Source: Anolis carolinensis | Taxonomy: Eukaryota | Assembly (NCBI RefSeq): GCF_035594765.1 | Contig: NC_085842.1 | Span: forward strand, 291,695,749 to 291,759,748 | Length of the DNA: 64,000 nt | Reading direction: 5' to 3' | Shown here: positions 49,846 to 63,451 of the stretch, piece after piece | How positions within the stretch are numbered: the first letter of the stretch is position 1 | How the letters are laid out: every line of letters begins with the position of its first letter | Notes under the pieces: generated by a model | What the model was told of the DNA's origin: nothing | The model's database searches: none | Seen by the model: only the letters and a program-made list of their open reading frames with translations | Program-made: the position numbers and the translations under genes

Positions 49846-50088
49846 GAGACTCTACTGTACTTATAGAAGACTTGGATATGCTTAAGATTTTGCAATAGAT
49901 ATTATAACCACTCTCTGGACTGCTGAGATGCAGGATGAAACCACATTAGTATTATAGAATGGAGGCTTTTATCTTCCTATTGCCCAGTTTGCTCCTGCAC
50001 AATTCTGCTGAGCACCTTTGAGAATTCCAAAGGCTCTGCCCTAAACTACATTTCCCTGAATTCTGCAGGAGCAAACTAGGCTATAGGG

Positions 50089-50210
50089 CAGCCATGGGCA
50101 AACTTCAGTCCTCCAGGTGTTTTGGACTTCAACTCCCACAATTCCAGCTGTTAGGAATTGTGGGAGTTGAAATCCAAAACACCTGGAGGGCCAGAGTTTG
50201 CCCATGGCTG
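50089..50210. mobile_element. Palindromic hAT MITE
   Basis: CAGCCATGGGCAAACT / AGTTTGCCCATGGCTG, TSD CTATAGGG. Confidence 0.88.
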
Positions 50211-50329
50211 CTATAGGGAGACGAAAGCCTCAGTTATATAACACTAATGTGATCTTGTCAGCAAACATTTATTTTTTTAATTGATTGTTTGGAAGGTTTT
50301 GCTGCCTGGACCCCCAAAGGCCCTCCATA

Positions 50330-50700
50330 GAGCCAGGCTCTGGATATTTTGTCCCCTGCTCCTCTGCTCACCTTGTTGGTGTTGATGACAATCCAGAAAG
50401 TAAAATGCAAGCTATTGATGACTGCCAGAGGGTGACATTGTTCAAGCAAGAACAGCGATCACCAATCTATGCTGATGAGATTGTTTTGCTAAGTTCCATG
50501 CCAGATGGTTTAGTCCGCTGTATTACACCTATAATCAATCACCTTAACAGTTTAAAATTAAATATCAACCAAAGGCCAGCAGTTATCCTTTTTTGTGGCT
50601 ATAGAAGCATTCTTACCAGGTTATTTGTTTCATTTTCCAAAAGCTCCCAGGGCATCAATTACTTTTAGCATCCTTAGAAACATATCAATTGACAATAAAG
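50330..50700 (+). pseudogene. Ancient LINE reverse-transcriptase relic
   Basis: IYADEIVLLS...GL.R......L..L.LNIN resembles the YADD region. Surrounding motifs are lost. Confidence 0.45.
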
Positions 50701-51764
50701 GAAGCAACCTGTGAGTATCCTCTCTTCTATTTGTTAAAACAGTCATCCTCCACCATCTTTCAGATGGTAAAAAAAAAAAAAGAGGGGGGAGAAACAGGTT
50801 CAGAATTTTGTACTCAAAATGTGTATATTCCAAATTCGGTATCTCTAAATATTATCTGACAGGCCCTTGTTTTTCAGTCAAACATGCCTATGAGCTGTCT
50901 CTACAGAATTACTGCATAGGTAAGAAATAAAAACTCAAGAATACACATAAACAAAATATGCATAAACAGTAGAAATCACCTGGATGCACAGGTTGTCTGT
51001 ACCACAATACTCATCTATTGGGTATATAGTCTAATGGCTTTGAGCTTTGTAATCTGATCACAAATTAAACTTTTGCCGGTTAGTACAATTGGATTTAGAC
51101 AAAGAACTGGCTTATGATACCACTCAGACATAACTCAGGATAATCCTAGGTGGGAATCCAGCCAAATCACTTTGCAGAGTAAGCAACAATGATGTTTGTA
51201 TGTGTGAGAACTCAACTACAACCAGAGCTTGAGAAATTGCTTTTTGTAATATAGCTCCCCAAATCCCCATCCAACATAATAAATGCTAGGAACTGTTGTC
51301 CAAAAAAGTAAAATTTCCAATTTACAGCTGCAGACATTCAGTCAAGGGGAGCCAGGAGCTGGAAGATGTATAAGTAGGCAGACACAAAAGCTATCCCAGA
51401 GCAGCCACTCTTGCCCAGGCAGAAGCTCCACTCAAATAGGGTCATCTTTTATACTTCATGTTTGGAAGGATGCAGTGATCATGAGTGAGTGTCAGTCCAG
51501 AGCACTCACTCTTTATGATCTACAAAGAACCTCCAAATGACAATTCTGGTAGTTCATCATAGCTGCTGATGGAGACAAGTCATTTATACAGCACACTAAA
51601 GGACTGGAGACAACCCATTTATATCCCACACTAAAGATCTTCAAGTCTGATGTATTCCAGTAATCTGGTATAACAGAAATTAAACTGATAAAAAGCAAAA
51701 CTCTGTGACCATCAACACAAATACCAGAATCTCTCACCCTCTGGAAATATCCTTAGTTTTCTCA

Positions 51765-51987
51765 GGCTGCATCTACACTGTAGAATTAATGCAGTTTGAT
51801 ACCATTTTAACTACTATGGCACAATGCTTTGGAATTATGAGTGTTGCAGTTTTACAAGATTTCCAGCCTTCTCTGCCTCAGAATGCTAGTGCTTCTCCAA
51901 ACTACAGCTCCAATGATTCCATAGTATTGAGCTATGTCAGTTAAAGAGTTGTCAAACTGCATTAATTATACAGTGTAGATGCATCCC
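51765..51987. mobile_element. MITE with long TIRs
   Basis: GGCTGCATCTACACTGTAGAATTAATGCAGTTTGA / TCAAACTGCATTAATTATACAGTGTAGATGCATCC. Confidence 0.8.
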
Positions 51988-54345
51988 TAAGTATTTATTT
52001 ATTTACTGCATTTTTACCTTTCCAGGGGTATAATTTCCTTTGGCAAAGGTACTTTACAATGCTTTTTTTAAAAAAAATGCAAGCACATTATAAATACTGA
52101 CCTATTTGTTCCATGTATTTTCCAATGTCAGTACACCATTCTTTCTTATGAATGGTGCATTATATTAAGTTGCTGCTTATCCTCTTCTTGATCATTAATA
52201 AAGACTTTAAACAGTAACTCTGCCTCCTTGTGAAATTTTGTATTACAATACCGCTTGTCACTGACTACTCTGTTCTGGCATGTTATACATTATTTAATCA
52301 GTTATACCTTTGACACCTCTGTTTAAAGATTCAGATCACAACAATTGGCCGATGCAGTACCTGCTCCTGTTTAACACTTCAAATCTCTGCCTTCGTGCTA
52401 CCCAGAAAAGAATACACAGCCAACAGCCTTCCACAATTTCTGGATGTGAAAAAGAAAAAAAATATTTGGCTTATTCAAGGCAGATAAACACATATTCATT
52501 TTTCAGCTGTCCAGACAATACCAACTCAGTTCATTCCTTTGCTCTGAGAATACTCCTTGAGGATTCATTCGAAAAGCCATTTCAAGCTCAGTCGTCCTCA
52601 CAGTCACAAGTGAAGGGCATAACACTCTGTTACCCTTGTAAATGCGGAGGAGAGATGTAGTCCTGTCACCCACATTACTAGTGGCACTAATAACAATACA
52701 GAGCAGACTACTCCATCTTCATCAAGGGCTACGTATCTGTTGAGGCGCGCTGTTGATGATAACCTGACTCAGCTCTAAGTACAATGGTCTCTCTATTATA
52801 CAGGTCACTATCAGAGTGCATGGCTGCAAGTCCCAGCAAATCACATTTTGCTGAAGGCAGGGGGAGGGCAAAAATACAGAAACATTCCATTTTTATTATG
52901 GTGGAGAAAGGGGGAAATAAACTACAGAGCAAAAGCTTTAATTGGCTGGTTTCTGAAACGCATGCAAGGAGCATCAATACTACTGTTTGAATTATTTTGC
53001 ATGTAAGAAAATGTAAGCATACAGAGATAATCCTGTTCCACAGACATGATGGGTTACCTCTTGCTAGCTAATTGGGAGGGAGGGAACTAAAATGTGTCAG
53101 AATGACAGCATATCCAATTTTCAGATGAATAAATCCATAGGTATCTGTACAACCAACTAGGACAGGGGTAATCATAAGCACTTGCCCAAAGTGCCAAATG
53201 CAAATGTATTCATACTGAATATCCCATGATGCATCATCCTCGCAGATGGAGAAAAGAGAACTCAATTTTCTATCTCTCGTTTATATCAAAGCTTTTCTTT
53301 CTGTATTCATCAGACCATGTGGGTAAAGCTGGACCAAATGTACAAGCAACCCGAATGGCCCCTTGGGACAGCAAGGGCTTCAGTGAAAGATGAAAAAATT
53401 GTGTATCAGTGTCTTCAAAGAAACTGCAAGCATACAAAAGATGCACCTCTCTGACTGTATAATACTTAAATGACCTGTTACCCTGCACATGATTGTCCAG
53501 ATATCAAACTTTGGAACCAATGTGTTGTCATCCTAGTTAGACTATGAAACCAGAACTTGAGAGATTCAATTTGCACTCAACAGTCACAATCCAGTCACTA
53601 TTTTTAGTTAGGCTCATGTTCCTCACAGTTATAGTAATGGGGAAGAAGTTTTTGTGCCATTTTGTCAGTTTGGAATAAAGTTATTGAAATATAAATAGAG
53701 TTTATGATGTTAGTGATGAGTTTCACTGACATGTAGTGCTACAGTGAGGAAATATTATGACGGTGCACATATGCTGTCTAATCTCCACCTCCTTAATGTT
53801 GCATTCCCAGCTGGACATTAAGATGCTTGGATGATCAACATGCAAATCTATAAGGCAAGTGGTAACATGAATGGGTGAAGCTTTATACGAACGTCTGCAT
53901 TTTAATTTCACCACAAGCCCATCAGGTAGAACTGATATCTTTCCACTCATGTAGCATATGCAATGGCGGCACAAAGGTTGGTTTTATCCAATGTGGTAAT
54001 TCATGGTGTCATCCCCATAGACCCCTTCCCATATCAAACCATACCACAGTATTGTAAGGGAAATACCAGAAAATTTGATAAAATTGGTGACTATAGTATG
54101 TGCAGTAAAAACCACATGATTGGGGGCATCATTGTAATTGGGTAGTAATGACTTCTCTAGCCAGAGTACATGCACATTATCAGAAGATTCGAAAAGTCAA
54201 TTGACATAGACCTTTAGCCTTGCAGGTATATTGATCACAGCACATGTAATATTAACTTACAGTAAATGTTTTTGTGGTTATATCTAACTACAACAATATT
54301 TTTAATATTAAAAAATATGCTGAAACACTGCACAAGACTATAGAC

Positions 54346-54910
54346 CAGGGGTCCCCAAACTAAGGCCCGGGGGCCAGATGCGGCCCTCCGAGGTCATTTA
54401 CCTGGCCCCCGCCCTCAGTTTTATAATATAATATAGTGTATATACATATAATATTGATAATAATAATATAATGTAATACAATATAACACTAATAATAATA
54501 CCATATAATAATAATTATATATTCTATATTACATATAATATTACTAATAATATTACAGTATAGTGGTATCGTTCAATATAGTAATATATAATGCTAATAT
54601 TGTGCTATGCTAATAATATAATATATTGTATGTACATACAATTTGTAAGCCACTCTGAGTCCGCTTTGGGGTGAGAAGGGTGTGATACAAATGTAGTAAA
54701 TAAATGCAGTAAATAAAAAATAAATTTTAGACTTAGACTCGCCCAAAGTCTGAAATGACTTGAAGGCACACAACAACAACAACAGCAACAACAACCCTAA
54801 TTAACTTGACTATCTCATTGGCCAGAAGCAGGACCACACTTCCCATTGAAATCCTGATAAATGTATGTTGGTTAAAATTGTTTTTATTTTTAAATATTGG
54901 ATTGTTCTTT

Positions 54911-54957
<47 letters not shown>

Positions 54958-55090
54958 TTGCACTACAGATAAGACATGTGCAGTGTGCATCGGAATTTGT
55001 TTGTATATTTTTTTCAAATGATAATCCGGCCCCTCAACAGTCTGAAGGATTGTGGACCGGCCCTCGGCTTAAAAAGTTTGAGGACCCCTG
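54346..55090. mobile_element. Non-autonomous hAT (OC1/Charlie-like)
   Basis: Same TIRs, 8-bp TSD CTATAGAC, AT-rich and (CAA)n/(TTG)n interior. Confidence 0.88.
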
Positions 55091-55138
55091 CTATAGACAG
55101 TAATGTTGGTCTCACCCCCTCTGAGGGTGTCACCCATT

Positions 55139-55358
55139 ATTTATTTATTTATTTACAGCATTTATATTCCGCCCTTCTCACCCCGAAGGGGACTCAGGGC
55201 GGATCACATTGCACACATAAAGGCAAACATTCAATGCTATAACATAGAACAGAGACAGAGACAAGACGCAGGCACGGGCTGGCCTCGAACTCATGACCTC
55301 TTGATCAGAGTGATTTGTTGCAGCTGGCTTGCTTTCCAGCCTGCGCCACAGCCCGGCC
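55139..55358 (-). mobile_element. tRNA-head SINE with L2-type tail (short form)
   Basis: Head GGCCGGGCTGTGGCGCAG, B box AGTTCGAG, tail TGAGTCCCCTTCGGGGTGAGAAGGGCGG..(TAAA)n. Confidence 0.75.
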
Positions 55359-57276
55359 CATTGCAGTTTAAATCTCCTGCACCCCCAGCAATGCCATTTC
55401 TGTAAGGGGGCGGGGGATAATTTTATTTTAGAAGGTTACTTTTTTGCATTGCAACCACCAGATTATGTGACTATAATCCAAAAAGTAACATTTCCAAGAT
55501 ATGAGTAATCCATATCCTAGATAGGGAGATTTTGGGATATGTGTTCCTTGTACTGCATAGTTTTCAAGGGAGAGAGGGCAAAAGTGCCTCTCTCCCTCCA
55601 TTACAGTTTACCCTTGAGAGGTAGGAAATCTGGGCTTCCTGTTTCAAGGTTTTCCCATGATAATGCCCTTGAGTTTTACATCTTTGGATTTTTCATACTT
55701 TACTATGAAGAAAGGAATTGTCCATACTCTGAACCATTTTTAAAATGATGATGAGTGACAGAAATTTGATTTAGCATGTTATTAGCAAAGGCTGTATTAT
55801 GCGATTATATATTCTGATAAATTCTGCTTGAGGTCAAAGTGGCTTATCCATGATTAATCTGTGATTGATCTGGCTGCTAGCACAGCTGCAACATTTGCAT
55901 AGCTCCTCAAAGAGCAGAGGAGAAAATGCCCTCCTATTATGTGTGCGAAGGCACCCCTAAGCCAGCACCAAGGCCAAGGTGAGGGCTGTTCCATGCTTGA
56001 GCTGCAGTCTTGTCTCTTTTAGAATGAATTTTGCAGTTGAAGGACAGACACAATTGCTTTCATGTACAACGGAAAAAGGTGAAAAGTAGCAAGGACTGAG
56101 GAAGGGGAGGGAATTGTAAGGTAAGCATAAAGAAAGGAGGAGGGGAGAAGAAAGCAGAAAAATTGACTGGAAGGAAAGGTTAGGTGATCTCATTGAGACT
56201 TGATCTTTCCAAGAGCTATTCAGAGAAATGGCAGACAGGTTGCAATCTGATACGTTCAAGTAACCTGGATGAGTTTACTGAAATACGTCCTTGAAGGAAT
56301 TGGATCTCAATGATCAGTAAAACGTGGCTCTCAAAAAGTTCATGCAGCAATTTCTTGAAAGGTCCCGTCCTCATTACATTTCTTCAGACTTGTTAAATCT
56401 ATAAAATTGGCCCTAATAAGCCATAAAAAAGCTAGCAGAATACAATTGGGAACTTTCCAGTTGACTGGCCATCCAAAGTTGATAGAAAAATATCAAATCA
56501 AAAAGGAGCTTTTGCTCTTTTTTCTCTGCAAATACTTTCATTATTACAGGATGGTGCTGCAATGGCTAATGGCTTCTATAATGCTGTAAGATGATCAGAT
56601 TGAATACAATCTGTCACGTAAATATCAAAATAAAACTCCATTTATATTTTCAGATTTAACCTACTTCTATTTTGGTGACTGGAGGGGGAAATAACTGGGC
56701 AGAGAAATTATTGACTGCTCCTATTAAAAAGGAAGCCCTAACTGAAAACTGAAATTGCTATTAAGCTTGTTGACCAGCCACCTGGAGAATTCATTCCTTG
56801 AGCTACATCAAAGCAACATAACTTCTCATCAGCATGATCAGGAGAAAGTAGAAAATTCCACAGATTTAGCAGAGAGGATTAAATCACTGCAGTCAGTAGG
56901 AGAAATGTAGCACTGCGAACAAAGGGCTTGTCTACACTGATGAAAAATATTCTATTGGGACTGCATTTTCTCAATCCACATTGACCCTATGGGGACCTCA
57001 TTAATGCCAAACTTCACATACAACGTAGTGGGTTCACCATAACTGGCCACACATTTCCCCCTGAAGAACTCACCTCCCTGTTAGGAGGCAGTCCACACTT
57101 CCAATCCTGTGTGTTATATTTAGCTGCACAGCTATGCAGGTCAACTCCCCTCACCAATCATGTATGCGGACATATGTATTTGCTGTAAAGCAGGGTGTAA
57201 TCAATATGCAAGCATCTGCACTTTCTTAAAATCAAAATGTAACCCAGGAAAGAATCACTTCTTAGCAGAAATGATC

Positions 57277-57731
57277 ATTTATTTTATTTATTTATTTATT
57301 TACAGTATTTATATTCCGCCCTTCTCACCCCGAAGGGGACAATGAACACATATATGGCAAACATGCAATGCCAACAGACAAACAACATACATTAGACAAA
57401 CTCAGAGGCATTTTTAACATTTTTCCAGCTTCACAATTCCGGCCACAGGGGGAGCTGTTGCTTCACCGTCCAGTAGTGGCTGTACTTCCGCATTCCTTTC
57501 CTTGTGTTTTGCTGGCAGTTTTATGGTTTTGTAAATTAGCCTCCCGCATAAAGCGTCCCTAAATTTCCCTAATTGACAGGTGCAACTGTCTTTCGGGGCT
57601 GCATAGGTCAACAGCAAGCCGGGGCTATTAATGGTCGGAGACTTAACCCGACCCGGGCTTCGAACTCATGACCTCTCGGTCAGTAGTGATGTATAGCACC
57701 TGGTTACTAGCCAGCTGCGCCACAGCCCGGC
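57277..57731 (-). mobile_element. tRNA-head SINE with L2-type tail (long form)
   Basis: Same head and tail as 55139-55358 with a longer body. Confidence 0.75.
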
Positions 57732-58606
57732 GCTAACCAGTCCCACTAAATCCTCTCTGCATCTCCATAGTGAAACAATGCTGCTTGGAGGCCAGTCACA
57801 AACTAAAACAATCCAGATTTTCTATCAAACTCGGGGGGGGGGGGGGGGATAAATAGCAAGAGGGTTTTTAACCAAATTAAAGTCCAAAGGACCTTTTGAG
57901 TAAATTGTCAAGAATGTCATGTGTCAGGATTGCAGTGCCTATGAGGTGAGCATGGTTTTTTTAGCCCATGTAGGCATGCCTCTAAGGACCTCTTCACATG
58001 TCCCCTGAGGCCATGCCGGCAAAATGGCAGGCACACAGGGAACCTCATGGCACTGCACGCCCTCCCTCCTTCTCCCACCAGACAGCAATAACAGGACAAG
58101 GTGTGTTGGTGCCTTGTCCCTATCAGATGGTGGGGAGAACGGCAGTGCGCGTTGCCACGTTGCCCTTTCCACCATCACATGGGAGAAAGGACCCAAAAAT
58201 GTGGGTAGCTCCATTGGAACTACCCAAAACCCACTTACCTTTCCGTAGTTGCCAAGGAAGCATCTTCTAATGTTTCCTCAGCACTTGGAGGGTAAATGGG
58301 GTGGGGCCTACTGAGCATGATGTGATAGCATTCAGAAGGCCTTATTCCCAAAGTGCTGCAAAAGGGCAAAATTCCCCAGTGTGATGAAGTGGTCAGTACT
58401 ACATTATTCGAGTCATATAGATTTTCACATGGAAATAATACTAGTCATGCAGAATGTTCTGCATTCAGTTTTTAAACAAAAGTTTCAATCCTTGTGCTGG
58501 AAGTTCCTAAAGTACTGGCCTTCTTCACTACAGGAAGCCATTGTTGGTGCTTCCATGATGAAGTTCAGTAAGGGCTGAGAGAGAATGGATGGCAAAGAAA
58601 AATCAC

Positions 58607-58752
58607 AAATCATAGAATCATAGAATAGTAGAGTTGGAAGAGACCTCATGGGCCATCCAGTCCAACCCCCTGCCAAGAAGCAGGAAATCGCATTCAAAGC
58701 ACCCCCAACAGATGGCCATCCAGCCTCTGCTTAAAAGCCTCCAAAGAAGGAT
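58607..58752 (-). mobile_element. CR1 LINE 3' end
   Basis: ATCATAGAATCATAGAAT tail and 3' UTR. Confidence 0.85.
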
Positions 58753-59367
58753 GGAAATGGAAATTGTACTTAAGATAATTTGTTACCTCTGGTGAAGCAA
58801 CACACACACACATATCCTAATATAAGTGAACAGTACCCAAAGCCAGCCAAATTGTTTTACTATGTGAGGCAGAAAATCCCAGGTGGTTTTTCATCCCTGG
58901 AAGTAAAAGCACAAAATCAAATAATTAATAATTGGAAACCCTTTTATTATTTCCAAAATCTGCTGCCCGGGATGGCTGTCTCATCCTCTTTCCCTGAGCA
59001 CTAATTATTTCTTCAACAAGGGATCCCTGTTAACTTACATTCCAGTCAACCTACTTTCACTGCCTGTGGAATTCAAGAAAGGTTACAAGATATACCTTTT
59101 GAAGGGGGGAAATTGAAATGACAACATAATGGCATGTTTGGAGAACATGCTGCTGGACCAGTCATTCAAGCTGACATCCTGTAATTTAGCTCCAGTGTTG
59201 CATATAAAACAAATTAAATATGTTTGAGAGTAACAGCTAGTGTAACAAATTATCCCTCTTTTCTAATAGTTTACAGTCTAAACAGATATACAGCAGAAGT
59301 CATAAGAGAAGCAGCTAGCTTAGGCATGGATGGAACTAGTTTATATTTTCAGCAAAACAATATTGCA

Positions 59368-59587
59368 GTAGGGTTGTTATATGTCTTTCGGGCTGTGTGG
59401 CCATGTTCCAGAAGTATTCTCTCCTGACGTTTTGCCCACATCTATGACAGGCATCCTCAGAGGTTGTGAGGTATGCCTGCCATAGATGTGGGCAAAACGT
59501 CAGGAGAGAATACTTCTGGAACATGGCCACACAGCCCGAAAGACATACAACAACCCTGTGATCCCGGCCATGAAAGCCTTCAACAAC
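59368..59587. mobile_element. Penelope pLTR inverted pair
   Basis: Arms ~59370-59454 and ~59473-59557 are near-perfect reverse complements. Flanking duplication ACAATATTGCA (59357-59367, 59588-59598). Confidence 0.85.
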
Positions 59588-60604
59588 ACAATATTGCAAT
59601 ACTTTTCCTGTACATGAGATTGCAAAGGGGAAGATTGTGTATTATAATAGTTCCCTCAAAGGCTGGGTGGAGGTGGTGGTGGAATCCCTTCATATATAAA
59701 AATAATGCATCTCAGAGACGGCCAGGTGACCAGCTGTTCTTCCTGATATAACGTTTTATGAACAAGGTGTATGGTTTTGCTTTGTTTTGGACAGAATCAT
59801 ATTTTGAAGTAATCTGCAAACTCTGACCTGAACTACACTTTAAAAATGGCTTAGCAGCTGGATGCATTAACAGACTCTTTTCTTTCTTGCTTGACATCTA
59901 GTGGACTTATTTCCAAGGAAAAAATAATTAGTATGGTAAGGGAATTCAAAGTTCAGCACAATTTCTCCAGCTGAGTGAGAGCTGCTGAGAAGAAACTACA
60001 GTGATGTGGTTATTTCCTGTTAGGGTCTTCTGCGCCTGACATTCTCCAGAGCCAAAGAGATAATTTAACGAAAGGTCTGAGCTGTAGTTCTTCAGAACAA
60101 TAAGGCATGGGCTTCAAGCCACCCAGCACCTGAGAATTACATATAGCAGTTTTCTTCTCCTGGCCAATTATCCTTATGCCCTTGAGGTCCCTATGTACCA
60201 TAGAACATTCACCTTGGTTCAGTTTAATACTCTGCCCTCCATTTCCTTTGAGGGGACATGCTCATGTATCCTTTACTCTCAACATCTCTGCCCTTGTCAA
60301 TCAAGCATCACTCGAATCTCTATTTCCTATACGACAAGGACATTCTCATTTTGAATATTATTCCACTTTTAGAAGAACTTCTAGGCAGATCTTATTTTCA
60401 TTGCATCCTTCTTCTTTCAGATACTATGAAAGAAATTACTCTCAAGTTAGTCACATTTCATGTTCTAGCTTATTTTACTAGGTACCAGTTGGGTAAATCC
60501 TCTTAGTATTTTAATAGATTATATATAATGTTTTATAATGATGTGTTTTAATTGTGTTGTGCCCTGTTTTGAGCCTCGAGGAGAGCTGGGTAAGAAGCAG
60601 AAAT

Positions 60605-60657
<53 letters not shown>

Positions 60658-60658
60658 C
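60605..60658. repeat. (AAC)n microsatellite at an L2-type tail
   Basis: Direct reading. Confidence 0.95.
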
Positions 60659-60768
60659 CTCGTTGCTGTTCTATTCCCCCTGTATTTGCCACCTGGGACA
60701 ACTATCTCACTTGCTGGTACTGCCAATAGAAATATGCCATCTTGGCTTTATTCAAAGTGTGCATTAAT

Positions 60769-61085
60769 GAATCATAGAGCTGGAAGCATTGAATCCAACT
60801 CCACTGCAGGATGCCTAGTTAAAGCTCTCCCAGCAGATACCTGTCCAGCTTTTAAAGCCATCCAGTGAAGAGGACCCCACCACCACTCTAGGCAATTGGT
60901 TCCACTGCTGAATAGCACTTATTGTCAAGAGGCTCCTTCTAAGGTTCAATCAAAATCTATTTCCCTATAACTCCAAACTGTTAGACCTAGTCCTACCCTC
61001 TGGTGCAACAGAGAACAGGCTTGTCCTTTCCTCTCTATCACCACCCTGAAGGGCTTTTAGAAATGCAACCAGTGTCTTCTCTTCA
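60769..61085 (-). mobile_element. CR1 LINE 3' fragment (old; probably continues at ~61480-61980)
   Basis: LFSVAPEGRTRSNSLEL motif and decayed tail. Confidence 0.7.
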
Positions 61086-63104
61086 CCATACACACACATA
61101 TACATATACATACGCACATGATAGTTAACATCCATCTGGAAGACACTCCCAAAGACTATCCAGTCCAATCCTCTTCAAACATGCAAGAAAAAAACCATCA
61201 AAGCCCACCAAACAGATAACCAGGCAGCCATAGATGTGAAAAATTAAATGTATATCTATCTCTACATCTGTACAGACAATGGAACAACAAAGCATACTGC
61301 ATACCCACAAGCTTTATGAAATTACATGTATAAGAAAACATCTCTTTCTCTTTTCTCTCTTTTCATTGTGAAATCACATATAATAAAAAAAACCAGTTCA
61401 TTATCTTTGCTTTCATACCTATTTCACCACACTGGGCCACAGCAACGCGAAGCCGGGTACAGCTAGTTTATCAATAATAACCACAAGGTCCTTTTCACAT
61501 GTAGTACTGCTTTGCCATGTATCCCTCATCCAACACTTGCATTTTAGATTTTTGCATTTTTTCCAACTGGATTTCAATTTATTAATTTCTGCCTATTTCT
61601 CTAGTTAATTTGAATGTTTATTTATTTATTTACTTCATTTCTACCCCACCTTTCTCACCCCATGGGGGACTTAAGGTGGCTTACAACTTTAGCAAGATTC
61701 AATGCCGCTTAAAACATCATAGTAAACACATCCCATCAATTAAAATTGATTAACACAGTTATACAATAAAACATAGAACAAACATATAAAGTGCATAATT
61801 CCAGTCATGCATAATCCTTGTTTGTAATCCTTATTCAGACTGTGTCGAAATCCGTAATAGCTTATTCTTCAAATGCTTGAGTGCATGTGTTGTTCATATG
61901 TTCCAATGTGTTAGCCACCTCTCCTAGTTTTGTGTCATCTCCAAATTTGATCAAGATTCCCTCCACCCTCTTCTATAATCTCATAATAAATTCTCATTTA
62001 TCTTAACTAAAATGTGACACCTGTTGTCATAGAAGGTGTCACTTCACCTATTTTCCACAAGTGTAAATGAAGGGGAATGTAAATAACATCCAGGCACCGC
62101 CATAGGCTTATTCTTTTCCTAAGGGGTTCATTATACCCTTTGCAGTAAACAGGCTTTACTGCAATCTTTTATTAGAACATGCTATGATTTTATTCAATTT
62201 TCTTCAGGCCTTTTAGTGTGCCTCATTTATCTCTCCTTATCCATGGCAGTCATCGAGAGTAATACTGACGAGAACAGGGAGATATTCTCTGATACCAACA
62301 GAATGGAGCCGGCTCCAGGCTGCAGCGCCTTCAAAGCGGGCTAACAAGCAGGTCATGATTTCTAGGAGCAGCAGATCTGTCTTTCTTAGGTTAATGGGCA
62401 GTCTCTAGACAAACTAACTTTCTCTCTTTCCTTCCAAAGGGCCATCTTTCCCTTTCCCCCTTTATAATGCATTTATAATATTACCATGTATTTACACTTA
62501 AAAGAATGATCCCTTTATAAATGCACAGCGAGAGCAGGTTTTTAAAACTCACAGAATCTCACCAACCAGAAAAGTTTAAATAGCCACTTGTCATTCAGCT
62601 ATTCAGAAAAAAACCTTTTAAAAGATTCTCTTTCTCTCTCTTCTTCCTTCCCTCCCTTTCTTTGTGCCCATGAGTGAATGCCTATGTCTGTGGTGGCAGA
62701 CGGTGTATCTAAGCATAAGAATTAAATTGCACAATGTGTCGTTGAAGGTGTCTTTCTTTCTTGCACTTGAAGAGTGGCAACCTGGTGGCTTCCTGTCAGT
62801 GGGACAATGAACCCATTCCAAGATTTATTTCAGACTTTAGAGGATCTATTGCTTTGGATTGCTCCTTTAAAGTCTGATCCAAACCTTCCTGAATAAAGAT
62901 TATCTCTAGTAAATGGGTGAAATGGGAAAACGGGAGATAAAACATGATCTGATAACTAAAGGATAACGCCATTATCTGAATGCCCCATGAAAGGCATTTA
63001 AAGGCCCACAGCCAGTAAATGTTAACACTGAGTGCTGTTAACAATGACATTTAATCAATCTTGGTATAACTGTTAATGAATGCACATTAGAAATAAAACA
63101 AAAC

Positions 63105-63451
63105 CACAACAAATAAAGAACAACACTCAGAAAACAGGGGAATTCCAGACAGGAAACAATCAGGACCAGGTAACACCCCCCAACAAAGAATTTCCCCAGA
63201 CAGGAAGCAAACAGGCTTTGAAGCTGCAAGGCTTTTTGATGCTAATCAAGGTGGCCAAATGTAACATTCACTCAAACAGACAAGAGTTCTTTCTTTCACC
63301 CTAAACATTCCACAGATACATAAATTCCACTTACCTAGTTACCAACAGACTTCACAACTTCTGAGAATGCCTGCCATAGATGTGGGCAAAACATCAGGAG
63401 AGAATGCTTTTGGAACATGGCCATACAGACTGGAAAACTCATAGCAACCCA
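63105..63451 (+). mobile_element. Penelope 3' fragment with decayed hammerhead
   Basis: Matches the 3' UTR of the 3.3-4.2 kb copy. The core reads CTGAGAA...AAAACATC. Confidence 0.8.

Larger units (their letters stand above)
43187..49857. mobile_element. Tc1/mariner-Tigger-type MITE (~320 bp) split by the Gypsy insertion
   Basis: TA|CAGTAGAGTCTCACTTATCC ... GGATAAGTGAGAC[Gypsy]TCTACTG|TA. Confidence 0.9.

Noticed and set aside
49842-49895. ORF 49428-49895 extending beyond the 5' LTR
   Set aside because: Starts at a chance TTG in flanking DNA. Only the part inside the LTR is meaningful.
60010-60201. ORF beginning MVHRDLK, like a kinase catalytic loop
   Set aside because: No other kinase motifs follow, and it lies far upstream of MAST4 exon 1. 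Treated as chance.
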